Program-made: the position numbers and the translations under genes
NCBI GenBank assembly: GCA_944391515.1
Contig: CALXTW010000002.1
Coordinates: 4,877-68,876, forward strand
From: an uncultured Alphaproteobacteria bacterium
GTDB taxonomy: Bacteria; Pseudomonadota; Alphaproteobacteria; RF32; CAG-239
Direction of reading: 5' to 3'
Length of the DNA stretch: 64,000 bases
Notes under the pieces: model-generated
What the model saw: the letters and a program-made list of their open reading frames with translations, nothing else
Told to the model about the DNA's origin: nothing
The model's database searches: none
Shown: in pieces, positions 49,948 to 59,699 of the stretch
Numbering within the stretch: position 1 is the first letter of the stretch
Layout: every line of letters starts with the position of its first letter

Positions 49948-50109
49948 TCAAGTTTCCGGGTATTCCCTCCCTGTTAGCCCGGACCCAATAAAGCCTCTTC
50001 CCCAAGAGGCTTTATTTTTTTTGCCTATATTACAAACTTCTTTTGTCTAAAATTTCTGGACAATTAAATCTGTTTATGTTAATCTCATCCCAAACTAAAA
50101 TTATTGCGT

Positions 50110-50583
50110 ATGAGACATTTATTATTTTTTCTTGTGGGGATGATGCTCAGCATTACTTCACTATCGGCACAAGACAAGTTTGACCGCTTTGTTGGGCAGT
50201 TAAATCGTCTTGAAGAAACTTGCCGACGCTTAATCAATACCGGCAATGAGTTCAAACGACTCTCTCCGGTACGAGAATATGACCGCCAAACCACTCAGGT
50301 AAAATTTATGCGCTCCAAAGTGCGTAGAATTACGATTGGTAATCTGGTGGTTGTAAATAAGAAAGACAGGATAGACGTTTACCGTCAAAAAAACGGTGAA
50401 AGAAGCCGTCTCACCCTGATTTCTAAACTGTATGACAGTAATCATATCTATACGGCTGATGCTTTGGTCGATGGCGGCGGTATTGTTAGCTATAAGGTAG
50501 TGATTATTGTTGAAGATGAAGAATCCGCACTCTTCAAGCTTGCAGGCAACCGCATTGCTGAGGAGTATGATTTAGAGTATTAA
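50110..50583 (+). CDS. Hypothetical secreted protein
   Basis: Signal peptide ending SLSA-Q. Confidence 0.6.
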   Translation: MRHLLFFLVGMMLSITSLSAQDKFDRFVGQLNRLEETCRRLINTGNEFKRLSPVREYDRQTTQVKFMRSKVRRITIGNLVVVNKKDRIDVYRQKNGERSRLTLISKLYDSNHIYTADALVDGGGIVSYKVVIIVEDEESALFKLAGNRIAEEYDLEY

Positions 50584-50603
50584 CCCTTTAATTTTTAATT
50601 ATT

Positions 50604-51005
50604 ATGAAAAAGTTTTTTCTGATGATGATTTTCATCATCGCTGGGGTGACATATATGCATGCCCAGCAGACCTACACAACGTCAAAAAAGACAACCGTAA
50701 CCACGGAGAAATACAATCATAACAAGATTGTTGCTCTCCAGTGGGGAAACCTGCGGATTGAGAGCTATTCAAAATTCTTGCAGGTCTACCGCTATCAAAA
50801 TGGGCAGTGGGTACAAGATACCTACATCCCGCGGGATAAACCGGGTACTTATCGGTTTGAAAAAACCCTCATCGCTGATGAGTTTATTCCGGGACGGTAT
50901 ATGACCCATACCATTGTGGTAACCGTCTTAAAATATGCCCAATCAGTGGACGTGAGTGTTACCTTTAAGGGGCAAACCAAGGAGGCATTTAGTCTCAAGC
51001 CCTAA
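50604..51005 (+). CDS. Hypothetical secreted protein
   Basis: MKKFF signal peptide ending MHA-Q; terminator at 51025-51056. Confidence 0.65.
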   Translation: MKKFFLMMIFIIAGVTYMHAQQTYTTSKKTTVTTEKYNHNKIVALQWGNLRIESYSKFLQVYRYQNGQWVQDTYIPRDKPGTYRFEKTLIADEFIPGRYMTHTIVVTVLKYAQSVDVSVTFKGQTKEAFSLKP

Positions 51006-51104
51006 ATGGTAATAAAAATTTAAGAGGAAAGTTCACTTTGAACTTTCCTTTTTTTTATTCTGTGGTTAAATAAAGCATGAAAGCTCTAACAAAAGGAAAT
51101 CACA

Positions 51105-52727
51105 ATGATTTATCAGGAATATGACATCAACCATGCTCGAGGCATACGTTTGTTTGAATCGGTTCGCTTGGATGGCTTAATTTTGGAAAAAGGGCATATT
51201 CTTGATGATGAGGATATTATCCAGCTCAAACTCTCGGGCATCAAAAAGATTTTTGGTGCCGAGATGAGTGAAAATGATTTAGATGGAGCAACCGCTCTAG
51301 GCGTCTTAAGTGCCAAGCTGTGTGGTTCTAATACAGCCTATGCCGTTACGCCTGAAGGTATAAGTCAGATTATTGCTCAAACAGACGGTGTTTTTTTAGC
51401 CGCAGATGATCGCATCGCCAAGTTTAATAGATTATCGCCAGATATCATCTTAAATACCATTCCGCCTTATTCAGAGGTTAAAGCTGGAGAGATAATTGCC
51501 GAGTTGGAATTAACCGTTCCGGTCATCATGTCGTCAAAGATTGATGAGATAGTGTTTAGTTTGTCAGGCAATATTGCCCTGTTGCAGGTCGCTGAGCCAA
51601 AAGAGCGCAAAGCCACTTTGCTTTATACTAAGTTTTATAATGATAAACTCGAAACCGCACACTTTACGGGTGTTGTTACCCAATTGGTAAAAGACTTCAA
51701 AAATTTGAAGTTAGATTTTGCTGTTGAGCATGAGGCAAAGCATGAGATTGAAAAAGTCGCCGACGTGTTAGAAGTTGCACTCAAAGGGGAAGGGGAGGTT
51801 ATCTTCATTATTTCCGGACAAAGAAATTCACAAGCCGATGATGTGATTTCAGCGGCCCTTAAAAGTGTCGCCGATGAAGTGATTGTTACCTCAATTCCAC
51901 AAATCGGAGCATCAGATTTATTAATTGCGCTCAAGCGGGGTAAAAAGATTATTTCTCTTCCTTTCAACTATGCTACGCAAAATAACAGCTTAGCTAATCA
52001 CTATATTAAATTAGCCTTGCTTAATGATAAAATCACGCCGGAGGACTTCAAACATCCGCAAAACGTCCAATTATCTCAAGATAAAATGTTTGATACGGAA
52101 AGTGGTTTAGAGCTGATTAAAGCCTCTTCAGATAAAGGAAAAAATGCCAAAGTAGCAGCAATCGTGCTGGCTGCGGGTTCAAGCCGCCGCGCCGGACGCA
52201 ATAAGTTGCTCTATGAGGTAGATGATGCACCACTCTTCCTAAAAGCCGTCCATGCCGCGGTATTTTCTGAGGCAAGTCCTGTGTTTGTGATTATTGGTGA
52301 CCACGCCGCTGAGTTTGAAGAGGCTATGAGCGATATTGATGTAAATATCATTTATAATCCAGCCTATCGTCAGGGAATAAAAACTTCCATAAATTTAGGC
52401 CTAAAGTCGGTTCCTAATTTCTGCGACGGTGCTTTGCTACTGCCGGCAGATATGCCAAACATAACGCCTGAGTTTATCAATAAGATGATAAAAGCCTTTG
52501 ATGCTAAGTCCGAAAAACAACTCGTTACCGCACAGCTCAAAGGGGTAAAGACCAATCCTATCATTTGGAGCAAATCGCTTTTTGATGGGGCTGATTTGGT
52601 GCCTGAAAACGCCAACCTCCGTCCGGTTTTGGTTGAGCACTCAGACTATACCAAAACCATCAAAGGCGATGAAAATTTGCTCTTAGATGTCAACTACCCC
52701 AATGACTTGCAATTATTGGATAAATAA
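51105..52727 (+). CDS. Molybdopterin-binding (MoeA-like) domain fused to MocA/MobA-like nucleotidyltransferase
   Basis: C-terminal AIVLAAGSSRR.G.NKLL, NP.Y.QGIKTS, PADMP, LLDVN.P.DL. Confidence 0.75.
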   Translation: MIYQEYDINHARGIRLFESVRLDGLILEKGHILDDEDIIQLKLSGIKKIFGAEMSENDLDGATALGVLSAKLCGSNTAYAVTPEGISQIIAQTDGVFLAADDRIAKFNRLSPDIILNTIPPYSEVKAGEIIAELELTVPVIMSSKIDEIVFSLSGNIALLQVAEPKERKATLLYTKFYNDKLETAHFTGVVTQLVKDFKNLKLDFAVEHEAKHEIEKVADVLEVALKGEGEVIFIISGQRNSQADDVISAALKSVADEVIVTSIPQIGASDLLIALKRGKKIISLPFNYATQNNSLANHYIKLALLNDKITPEDFKHPQNVQLSQDKMFDTESGLELIKASSDKGKNAKVAAIVLAAGSSRRAGRNKLLYEVDDAPLFLKAVHAAVFSEASPVFVIIGDHAAEFEEAMSDIDVNIIYNPAYRQGIKTSINLGLKSVPNFCDGALLLPADMPNITPEFINKMIKAFDAKSEKQLVTAQLKGVKTNPIIWSKSLFDGADLVPENANLRPVLVEHSDYTKTIKGDENLLLDVNYPNDLQLLDK

Positions 52728-52779
52728 AACAAAAGCCTCCACCAATTTATTGTGGTGGAGGCCAAAAACAAAAGTTTAT

Positions 52780-53787
52780 TTAGAATGGTGCTTCACAAGC
52801 GTAAGCATATGATGGTTCAGAACAGCTAGAGTCAAAATATAATACCCCACTACTCTTGCAATAACCTGTTCCTGTAATAGTTAGCGTACTGCAAGAGGGA
52901 GTAGAACCGAGAAGTTTGCATGTATGTGCCCCATTAGCTAAAGACCAATTCAAGCCACCTGCCGTCTTAGACATACAGTTTGTCGATGCTTGTTCCTTCG
53001 GCGCTGTTCCTCCAGAAATTGCAATATAACCATGTTGTCCGCTACTATCCACTTCAACAACTTTACCTAAAGTCACGCCATCTTTCACATAGGTATCCCC
53101 GACCTTGTATGTAGTTGGTGTTGGAGTAGTTCCATTAGCTAAATTTCCTAACATATTGACACAACGCATAATGCCATCATTAGATATGGCACATGAGTCA
53201 TATGCCTTCCCATCTCTAAAATATACATACTTATGACAGCTACTACCTGTGCTAAAAACGTATTTTCCCGATCCTAAGCTAATAACGGCAAGAGTTGACA
53301 GAGTAGCATTGATTTTAGTTCTATTGTCATAAATTGTTAGCAATTCCTCCTTAGTAGGATTTTTCCATCCTGTTGTGGCATTAGCTGAAAAGCTTGAACA
53401 CATAGTTGCTGAGACATTATTAAAGTTCTCAATATCCGTTTTATATGGAATCAATGAAACCACAAGACCTGAAGAATTAACCACTACACCAACAGGTATT
53501 TTAGACGGGACAGGCACGGCGGAATAAGTACCGTCAGAATAAGCAATATCACCAACAGCTATCGGAGCGGAGCCATCAGGATTCATATAAGCAGTACAGA
53601 AATATTTCGAGTCATCAAACGGGCAGCGCAGTTTTGCCAAACCGCCGCAATCTGAGGCAGTCTTATCATAGCCCAAACCTTCGCAAGTCGGTGGCACAAC
53701 GCAGGTTTGTGCTCGAACTTCCGCCACGGAGAAAGCCGTTGTCAATAACAGCATTGCTCCTATTGTCATTTTACAATTCTTGTTCAT
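52780..53787 (-). CDS. Secreted Cys-rich protein with DUF1566/C-type-lectin-like module
   Basis: Signal peptide, PTCEGLGY...CPFD..K.FC cap, VGD modules, GWKNPTKEELLTIY...MRCV. Confidence 0.65.
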   Translation of the reverse strand: MNKNCKMTIGAMLLLTTAFSVAEVRAQTCVVPPTCEGLGYDKTASDCGGLAKLRCPFDDSKYFCTAYMNPDGSAPIAVGDIAYSDGTYSAVPVPSKIPVGVVVNSSGLVVSLIPYKTDIENFNNVSATMCSSFSANATTGWKNPTKEELLTIYDNRTKINATLSTLAVISLGSGKYVFSTGSSCHKYVYFRDGKAYDSCAISNDGIMRCVNMLGNLANGTTPTPTTYKVGDTYVKDGVTLGKVVEVDSSGQHGYIAISGGTAPKEQASTNCMSKTAGGLNWSLANGAHTCKLLGSTPSCSTLTITGTGYCKSSGVLYFDSSCSEPSYAYACEAPF

Positions 53788-53827
53788 CGTCTTTCTCCTT
53801 TTATTTAATTTACTTAGTTTTGTTTAC

Positions 53828-54751
53828 TTAATTCATTGCCGGCATCCAGCACCTTAAGGCGCCGTCACACCAATAATTATCCAAGTCAACCTTGCCGATG
53901 GCACAGCCGATTGCGCAATATTTCTGAGAACAATCTTCTATCTCGCACACCAAACCATCCGGACAACTGTCCAGCGTGCATTTGTATTCACAAGTTTTGC
54001 AATTATTGTAATATTTAACCCCGTCTTTGAGGCAATAGTCGGTTGGGGTAACCGGTCCTAGTTCTGAACATGTCATATTGTAGCCAGCTTTGCACTGACA
54101 AGCTGTATATTTGGTTACTCCGTCTTGAGTACAGCCTTCGCCCACACCTTGGAGATTTTGTTCATCACAAGTCTGATTATAATATGCGGGGCAAACACAT
54201 TTGCTATAATATGGAACGCCTTCTTCTACGCAAGTATCTCCTTCTGGAATTTGGGGAGATACGCATTTGGTTTCGGGATACAAACTTCTATCGCAATAAC
54301 ACATAAATTTACCGCCACAGCTGTCGCCGCTGACAGTGTTAGGATAGGTACATTCATTTTTATTATATTTATAGCGAGCGTCACAACATTCTTTAAAATA
54401 AGCTGTATTATAAGGGCAAATCCCGCTAGGATTGCCACTCGGACAAGAGGTTAAGGTAAACCCAAAATTTTTACATTGTTCAGGAGAAATATCCGGAAAT
54501 TCCGGGAAAGATAATTCTCCCCCTCCGGTAATAAAAGATACGCTCGCCGTTTGGAAAGAATTGCGCATAGGCAAGCCTATCTCTAGGCTTGCCCGAGACA
54601 TAGGCTCAAAAGATTGGTTTAGACTAGCTTCTTTGAGGTGCGTGTATTTTGAAGCCGCATCTTGAGAGTTAATAGATACACCAAATTGATTTGCGTTACC
54701 AAATCCGGTAAGCGCAAACCACGATAATCCTATCGCAAGCTGCTTTCTCAT
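53828..54751 (-). CDS. Secreted Cys-rich protein, paralog of 25909..27708
   Basis: MRKQLAIG start; shared CCD.RYKY.K..C.YPNTVS.DSCGGK.MCYCDRSLYPETKC and CKTCE blocks. Confidence 0.8.
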   Translation of the reverse strand: MRKQLAIGLSWFALTGFGNANQFGVSINSQDAASKYTHLKEASLNQSFEPMSRASLEIGLPMRNSFQTASVSFITGGGELSFPEFPDISPEQCKNFGFTLTSCPSGNPSGICPYNTAYFKECCDARYKYNKNECTYPNTVSGDSCGGKFMCYCDRSLYPETKCVSPQIPEGDTCVEEGVPYYSKCVCPAYYNQTCDEQNLQGVGEGCTQDGVTKYTACQCKAGYNMTCSELGPVTPTDYCLKDGVKYYNNCKTCEYKCTLDSCPDGLVCEIEDCSQKYCAIGCAIGKVDLDNYWCDGALRCWMPAMN

Positions 54752-54849
54752 AATACACCTCGTTATAACTGAACCATGTCTTCTTATAACTTAGCACATC
54801 GAAAAGCGTTTGTCAAAGGGTTTTGGCGTGATTTTTATATTTTGGCTAA
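54752..54849 (-). promoter_or_regulatory. Duplicated promoter and leader of the Cys-rich gene family
   Basis: TTGACA(54816-54811)-N17-TAAGTT; matches 25811-25908. Confidence 0.7.
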
Positions 54850-54900
54850 AGATATTAAAACAAGAGCCTCTCAGATGAGAGGCTTGTTACTGTAGGCTAT

Positions 54901-55338
54901 TTAAACAAATTCATCAACATCTTCTAAAATTTTATTTTTTTCATATAAATGCTTGAGATAGGGATTATCTGCCGAATAATCTCTCTCATCCTTAACCATA
55001 GCTTGATTGTTATCATAAACATTGACTTGTTTGTTACGATAGTTTTGAGGTTGCTGAGTGTCATCATAAACGCCACTAGCACTCAATGCCTCTATAGCTG
55101 ATGCTGAAACAAAAGCCTGAGAGGAAGAAATTCCAGATTGTTTATCTTCTTTTTCTTTTTGCTCAAAAGCTGAATTTTTTTTGTTTTGCTCTTCAGATTC
55201 ATCCCGAACCAGAACATTATTTCTGGTATCAATATTTTCCACAAAGGGATGACCTTCCGCCCCCTGAGCGTAATGACGTTCTGTACGTTTGATAGGGGAG
55301 GAAGAGCTCGACACTTTTCTAGTTGACGATACATTCAT
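54901..55338 (-). CDS. Hypothetical hydrophilic protein
   Basis: GGAG SD, 145-aa ORF, downstream hairpin at 54861-54887. Confidence 0.6.
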   Translation of the reverse strand: MNVSSTRKVSSSSSPIKRTERHYAQGAEGHPFVENIDTRNNVLVRDESEEQNKKNSAFEQKEKEDKQSGISSSQAFVSASAIEALSASGVYDDTQQPQNYRNKQVNVYDNNQAMVKDERDYSADNPYLKHLYEKNKILEDVDEFV

Positions 55339-55469
55339 TGCTCTTCTCCAATGTTTATAAGTTTATGATAACATAAAAATAACTGAAAATCCACAATTTT
55401 TCATGTGAATGTTTATAACAGAATAATATAACAAAAAGGCTGTGATTTTTTCACAGCCTCATAAGTCAT

Positions 55470-55697
55470 TTATTTCTCACCCTCGTTAGAATCTTTAGCT
55501 TCTTTTTTATTGTCCTCAGCATTCTTTTGAGCTTTTTCTGCAAGTTTCTTATTGAGCTCTTCTTTACCTTTTTCTAAAGCGGCCATTCCAAGCTTAAGCT
55601 TTTCTTCCGCTTCTTTTCTCAGCTCAGGAAGTTTACCTGCGCCAAATATTGCAGCAAGAGCAATAATGATTAATACCCAACACCAAAAATCAGACAT
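55470..55697 (-). CDS. TatA/E-like protein
   Basis: One TM helix, FG..KLPEL hinge, charged tail; position after nagZ. Confidence 0.7.
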   Translation of the reverse strand: MSDFWCWVLIIIALAAIFGAGKLPELRKEAEEKLKLGMAALEKGKEELNKKLAEKAQKNAEDNKKEAKDSNEGEK

Positions 55698-56772
55698 TTT
55701 TATCTCCTTTATTACTGTCTTTTTGCAACATTTGGTTTAACACTTCCGTTGCGTCATAAGAGTAGTTATATTCTTCTTTACCGACCAATGCGTAATAATC
55801 TTCGGCAGAAGTTTTGAATTTAGGTTTATTTTGCAAGATATTTTTTATCTTGGCAAATTTTATCAAAGACTTATCCGACAAATTTGTGCAGTTTTTGCAA
55901 ACTTCCATTAAACCGTCTTCTTCTCCGGCGCAATAGCAAACCGCTTCACATCCGGCCAGAAGAGAGGCTTGAGTCTTTTCTCCCAAAGAACCATGTAAGG
56001 CTTTCATGTCAATAGCATCGGAAATAAGTAATCCCTTAAAACCGATAACTCCTCGGATAATTTCATTGATAACACGTGCTGAAAGTGTTGCCGGATTTTT
56101 ATCATCTATTGTCGAGAGTAAAATATGTGCCGTCATTCCGGCAGGTGCATCGTTAAGAAATTGAAAGGGATAAAAATCATTTTCCAATTCTTTTATGCTA
56201 GCATTAATAATAGGCAAACCCAAGTGCGGATCACATTGTGCACGTCCGTGCCCGGGCATATGTTTTAAGCAAGGACAAATTCCTGTTGCCATATATGTCT
56301 CAACCATGACTTTGCCTAATTGAGCAACCTTAGATGGCTCGCTACCAAAGCAACGTTCTTTTAGCGCTTCAGTGGTGTTATCATATTCCAAATCAAGTAC
56401 CGGAGCAAAATTCAGATTAAGTCCCGAACGTCTCAAATCTTCACTAATAATTTGGCAATGCAGTTGTGTAGCTTTTTGAGCCGTTTCTTCGGGCAAAGAA
56501 CCTAGTTTCTTTTGTGAAACTTCATCAAAAAATCCATTTCCTTGTAGTCTGCGAACTCTTCCGCCTTCTTGGTCAACGGCTAGTAAAATATCATCTCTTT
56601 CAACCACATCTTTAATTCTGTTGCACAAATCTTTAAGCTGAGTAGGGGTGACAATGTTCCTGCCAAATATCGTGACACCCAGAGGGTTGTAGTGGGCAAA
56701 GATTCTCTTTTCTGCATCTGTCAAATGCGGTCCTAAACAAGATAAAAAAGCCGCTAAAATCGGACGCTCCAT
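55690..56772 (-). CDS. nagZ: Beta-N-acetylhexosaminidase (GH3)
   Basis: FGRNI, VDQEGGRVRRL, APVLD, KHMPGHG, DPH, ISDAIDM; GGAGG SD before ATG at 56772. Confidence 0.92.
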   Translation of the reverse strand: MERPILAAFLSCLGPHLTDAEKRIFAHYNPLGVTIFGRNIVTPTQLKDLCNRIKDVVERDDILLAVDQEGGRVRRLQGNGFFDEVSQKKLGSLPEETAQKATQLHCQIISEDLRRSGLNLNFAPVLDLEYDNTTEALKERCFGSEPSKVAQLGKVMVETYMATGICPCLKHMPGHGRAQCDPHLGLPIINASIKELENDFYPFQFLNDAPAGMTAHILLSTIDDKNPATLSARVINEIIRGVIGFKGLLISDAIDMKALHGSLGEKTQASLLAGCEAVCYCAGEEDGLMEVCKNCTNLSDKSLIKFAKIKNILQNKPKFKTSAEDYYALVGKEEYNYSYDATEVLNQMLQKDSNKGDKNV

Positions 56773-56780
56773 TTTTCCTC

Positions 56781-57437
56781 CTACACCAAAAGAGAAGTAA
56801 GAAAACGGGTAGCAGAAATAATATAATAGCGGAACAAGTTCCAATCTTGACCGAAAGCTTTTCCGATTTCAGGAATAACAAAAATTAAAATGACTACGGC
56901 CGCCAAACCTGCTTTTCCTGAATTAATGTAATTGATTGACCAAGGTTTTCTTATCCACCCAAATAAAATCTTTGAACCATCTAAAGGAGGAATCGGAAGG
57001 GCATTAAATAATGCAATTACAATATTATAGACAATCATATTCAAAAAAAAGATGTTAAACATCATTTGCCAATATGCATTGGGAATAAAGGGGACTAACA
57101 ATAAAATTAAGGCAGAAACAATTGCGACCCAAGCATTCATGATAATACCTGCAGCGGAAACCAAAATCATACCTTTAGTCTTGTTTTTGAGCTTTCGAAA
57201 GTCAATCGGAACAGGTTTTGCCCAACCGAGAATAATGCCGGCATGAGCAATCCAGAGCATCAAGGGCAACAACACTGTCCCGAAAAAATCAATATGTTTG
57301 AGAGGGTTTAGTGAGAGACGACCTCTTTTCTTTGCTGTGTCGTCTCCCATCAATAAAGCCATATATCCGTGAGCAACTTCATGTAAAATGATAGCCGAAA
57401 ATAATGGAATGTATTTTAAAATCAAGTCGCTCAACAT
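56781..57437 (-). CDS. Site-2 protease (M50) family protein
   Basis: LHEVAHG, SLNPLKHID..G, GWAKPVP, FNALPIPPLDG. Confidence 0.93.
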   Translation of the reverse strand: MLSDLILKYIPLFSAIILHEVAHGYMALLMGDDTAKKRGRLSLNPLKHIDFFGTVLLPLMLWIAHAGIILGWAKPVPIDFRKLKNKTKGMILVSAAGIIMNAWVAIVSALILLLVPFIPNAYWQMMFNIFFLNMIVYNIVIALFNALPIPPLDGSKILFGWIRKPWSINYINSGKAGLAAVVILIFVIPEIGKAFGQDWNLFRYYIISATRFLTSLLV

Positions 57438-57438
57438 C

Positions 57439-58401
57439 TTACTTTTTCTTTACAATACAAGTTCCGCCCAAGGCTTTAATATCTTTGCAGAGCTCATCTG
57501 CACCTTGACGATTTTCAAAAGCACCGGCTTTGAGGCGATAAAATATTTTATCAAAGTCAAGGTCAGCAGTTTCAATTTCATGAGGCAAACCTTGAAGCAT
57601 TTTGTATTTTTTGCTCAAGCTAATCCATGCCTTCTCAACAGCCTGTTTGTTTGGTGAAGACATTAATTGAATTTGCCACATTCCGGCAACAGCCTTTTGT
57701 GGAGCAGGAGCTTTTTTCGGCTCAGCTTTTTCAACAGGTTCAGCCTTTGGAGCTACGGAAGTCGGTTGTGCTTGTTGAGCCGCAATTTTTTTGTTTTCCA
57801 TTTGAACCGCTTCTTTCAAACCGATAACTTTAGCTTCCGGAGCATCACCTGTTTGAGCTGCAGAAACTGCTGGTTTTACTTCTTTAACTCCGGCAACACT
57901 AACCGAGCCGACAACTTTTTCCGGCATAATGTCATTTGACTTTAGCTGATTGTTTACCACTTGAATAGGTTGAGGCTCAACTTCGGGAGCTGCGGCTTGA
58001 GTCTGAGCAATTACGGGCAACTGAGGTTGTTCCGGCGGCGGTAACAAATTTTCTGTTTTAGGTTCGTTATCTTTTCTTTCAATAATGTCGTAAACAGATT
58101 TATCTTGATTCAAAATTTCCATTCCGCCCGGTTCGCTCGGTTGTACCTTAACAGCGGTTTGCGGACGTCTGATAACCGGAATTTCAATATTTGTATTATT
58201 TGAGTATTGCGGAGCTAAAATAAAATATCCGACAATACCGGCTAAAGCCACGCCCGAAACGGCACCGATAAACACGCTTTTAGAGCGACGCATTTCATTG
58301 CGTCTTTCTTCCAAGCTGCTTGAAGGTTGGTCGGCAATTTTTTGGCGGAATTCATTTAAGAAATCATCACCTTTATTGTCGTCAGAAAAATCTTGAAACA
58401 T
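57439..58401 (-). CDS. SPOR-domain protein (FtsN-like)
   Basis: TM helix, P.I......KVQP..PGG, low-complexity linker, C-terminal SPOR (WQIQL.S, FYRL.AG.F, LC..IK..G..C). Confidence 0.85.
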   Translation of the reverse strand: MFQDFSDDNKGDDFLNEFRQKIADQPSSSLEERRNEMRRSKSVFIGAVSGVALAGIVGYFILAPQYSNNTNIEIPVIRRPQTAVKVQPSEPGGMEILNQDKSVYDIIERKDNEPKTENLLPPPEQPQLPVIAQTQAAAPEVEPQPIQVVNNQLKSNDIMPEKVVGSVSVAGVKEVKPAVSAAQTGDAPEAKVIGLKEAVQMENKKIAAQQAQPTSVAPKAEPVEKAEPKKAPAPQKAVAGMWQIQLMSSPNKQAVEKAWISLSKKYKMLQGLPHEIETADLDFDKIFYRLKAGAFENRQGADELCKDIKALGGTCIVKKK

Positions 58402-58473
58402 ATTTTATCTCCTGTTTAAAAACACTATTTACCACACTATAACGGCAAATTATTTAAAACCTCTTAATGAAAC

Positions 58474-59649
58474 CTAAAATCTGGTATGAACATCAAAAAG
58501 TTTTTTGTGTTCTTCAACGGCGGCCATATCAGTCATACCTGCAATGTATTCGCAAATCATTTCTGCTGCGGTTTCATCTTTCGTGGTTGGAGAGATTTGG
58601 GCCCGAAGTTCCATTGGTAAGAGGTTGTAATCATTCATAAATACCTCAAACAATTCTTCAATAATCTTTTGTGATTTCATGTCCATTCGAGCAACACTTG
58701 TGTGGGTGTAGAAATGTTGTTTGAGAAATTGTCGCAAGAGTTTAATTTCGCTTTTCATTTTCTCCGAAAAATCCACCATTAATTTCTTTTGAAAACGAGC
58801 ATCGTTTTCGGTATTTATTTTGTATTGTTTGAGGTTGTTTTTGGTGTTTTCTAATACATCAAAAATCATCCTTGCAATCATGTTGCGTGTAATGGCGTAG
58901 ATAAGCAAGCGGCTATCTGTACAACCATTATTTTCTTTTTCAAAATTCACCAAGATATCATTGATGAAAGGGAGTTCTCTAAGTTCATTGATGGAGAAAA
59001 ATCCGGCATTGAAGCCATCATCAATATCATGATTATTATAGGCAATATCATCAGCCACTGCACCGACTTGCCCCTCAAGAGAGGGATAATTTTTCAAATC
59101 CAAATCAAAGAGTTTGTTGTATTCTTTGAGGTAAGAATTAGAGATTTTTTTGATTGGTCCATTGTGTTTGACAGTGCCTTCCAAAGTTTCCCAAGTGAGG
59201 TTAAGACCGGGAAATTCTGGATAATGAATTTCGAGCTTGGTCATGATTTTTAAGGATTGAATATTGTGGTCAAATCCACCGAATTTTTTCATGGCGTTTT
59301 GAAGGCCGCGTTCACCAGCATGTCCGAAAGGCGAGTGCCCGAGGTCGTGCGCCAAAGCAATGGCTTCGCCTAACTCTTCGTTAAGGTGTAAAGATTTGCA
59401 AATGGTGCGTGTGATTTGCGCCACTTCAATACTATGCGTCAAACGAGTGCGATAGTTTTTTCCTTCGTGATAGGCAAACACTTGCGTCTTCCCGTCTAAT
59501 TTTCTGAAAGCAGAAGAGTGAATAAGCCTGTCTCTGTCGCGTTGAAAAGGAGAGCGAATCACATTTGTGAAGTCGGGATAAAGGCGTCCTCTGCTTTTTT
59601 TAGGGGTGAGGGCATAATTTGCAAGCTCCATAGTTTTTTTCCTTTCCAA
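58474..59649 (-). CDS. dgt: dNTP triphosphohydrolase (dGTPase)
   Basis: RSPFQRDRDR..HS.AFR.L..KTQVF, RTRLTHS.EV, AHDLGH.PFGH.GE, YIAGMTD. Confidence 0.95.
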   Translation of the reverse strand: MERKKTMELANYALTPKKSRGRLYPDFTNVIRSPFQRDRDRLIHSSAFRKLDGKTQVFAYHEGKNYRTRLTHSIEVAQITRTICKSLHLNEELGEAIALAHDLGHSPFGHAGERGLQNAMKKFGGFDHNIQSLKIMTKLEIHYPEFPGLNLTWETLEGTVKHNGPIKKISNSYLKEYNKLFDLDLKNYPSLEGQVGAVADDIAYNNHDIDDGFNAGFFSINELRELPFINDILVNFEKENNGCTDSRLLIYAITRNMIARMIFDVLENTKNNLKQYKINTENDARFQKKLMVDFSEKMKSEIKLLRQFLKQHFYTHTSVARMDMKSQKIIEELFEVFMNDYNLLPMELRAQISPTTKDETAAEMICEYIAGMTDMAAVEEHKKLFDVHTRF

Positions 59650-59699
59650 GAATATTATTTTAAGATACAGTACACTAAATAAATTAATAAAGGTATAAG

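Noticed and set aside
51105-52727. MoeA-like/MocA fusion without neighbouring molybdoenzyme genes
   Set aside because: This fusion is a familiar alphaproteobacterial architecture and its partners may lie elsewhere
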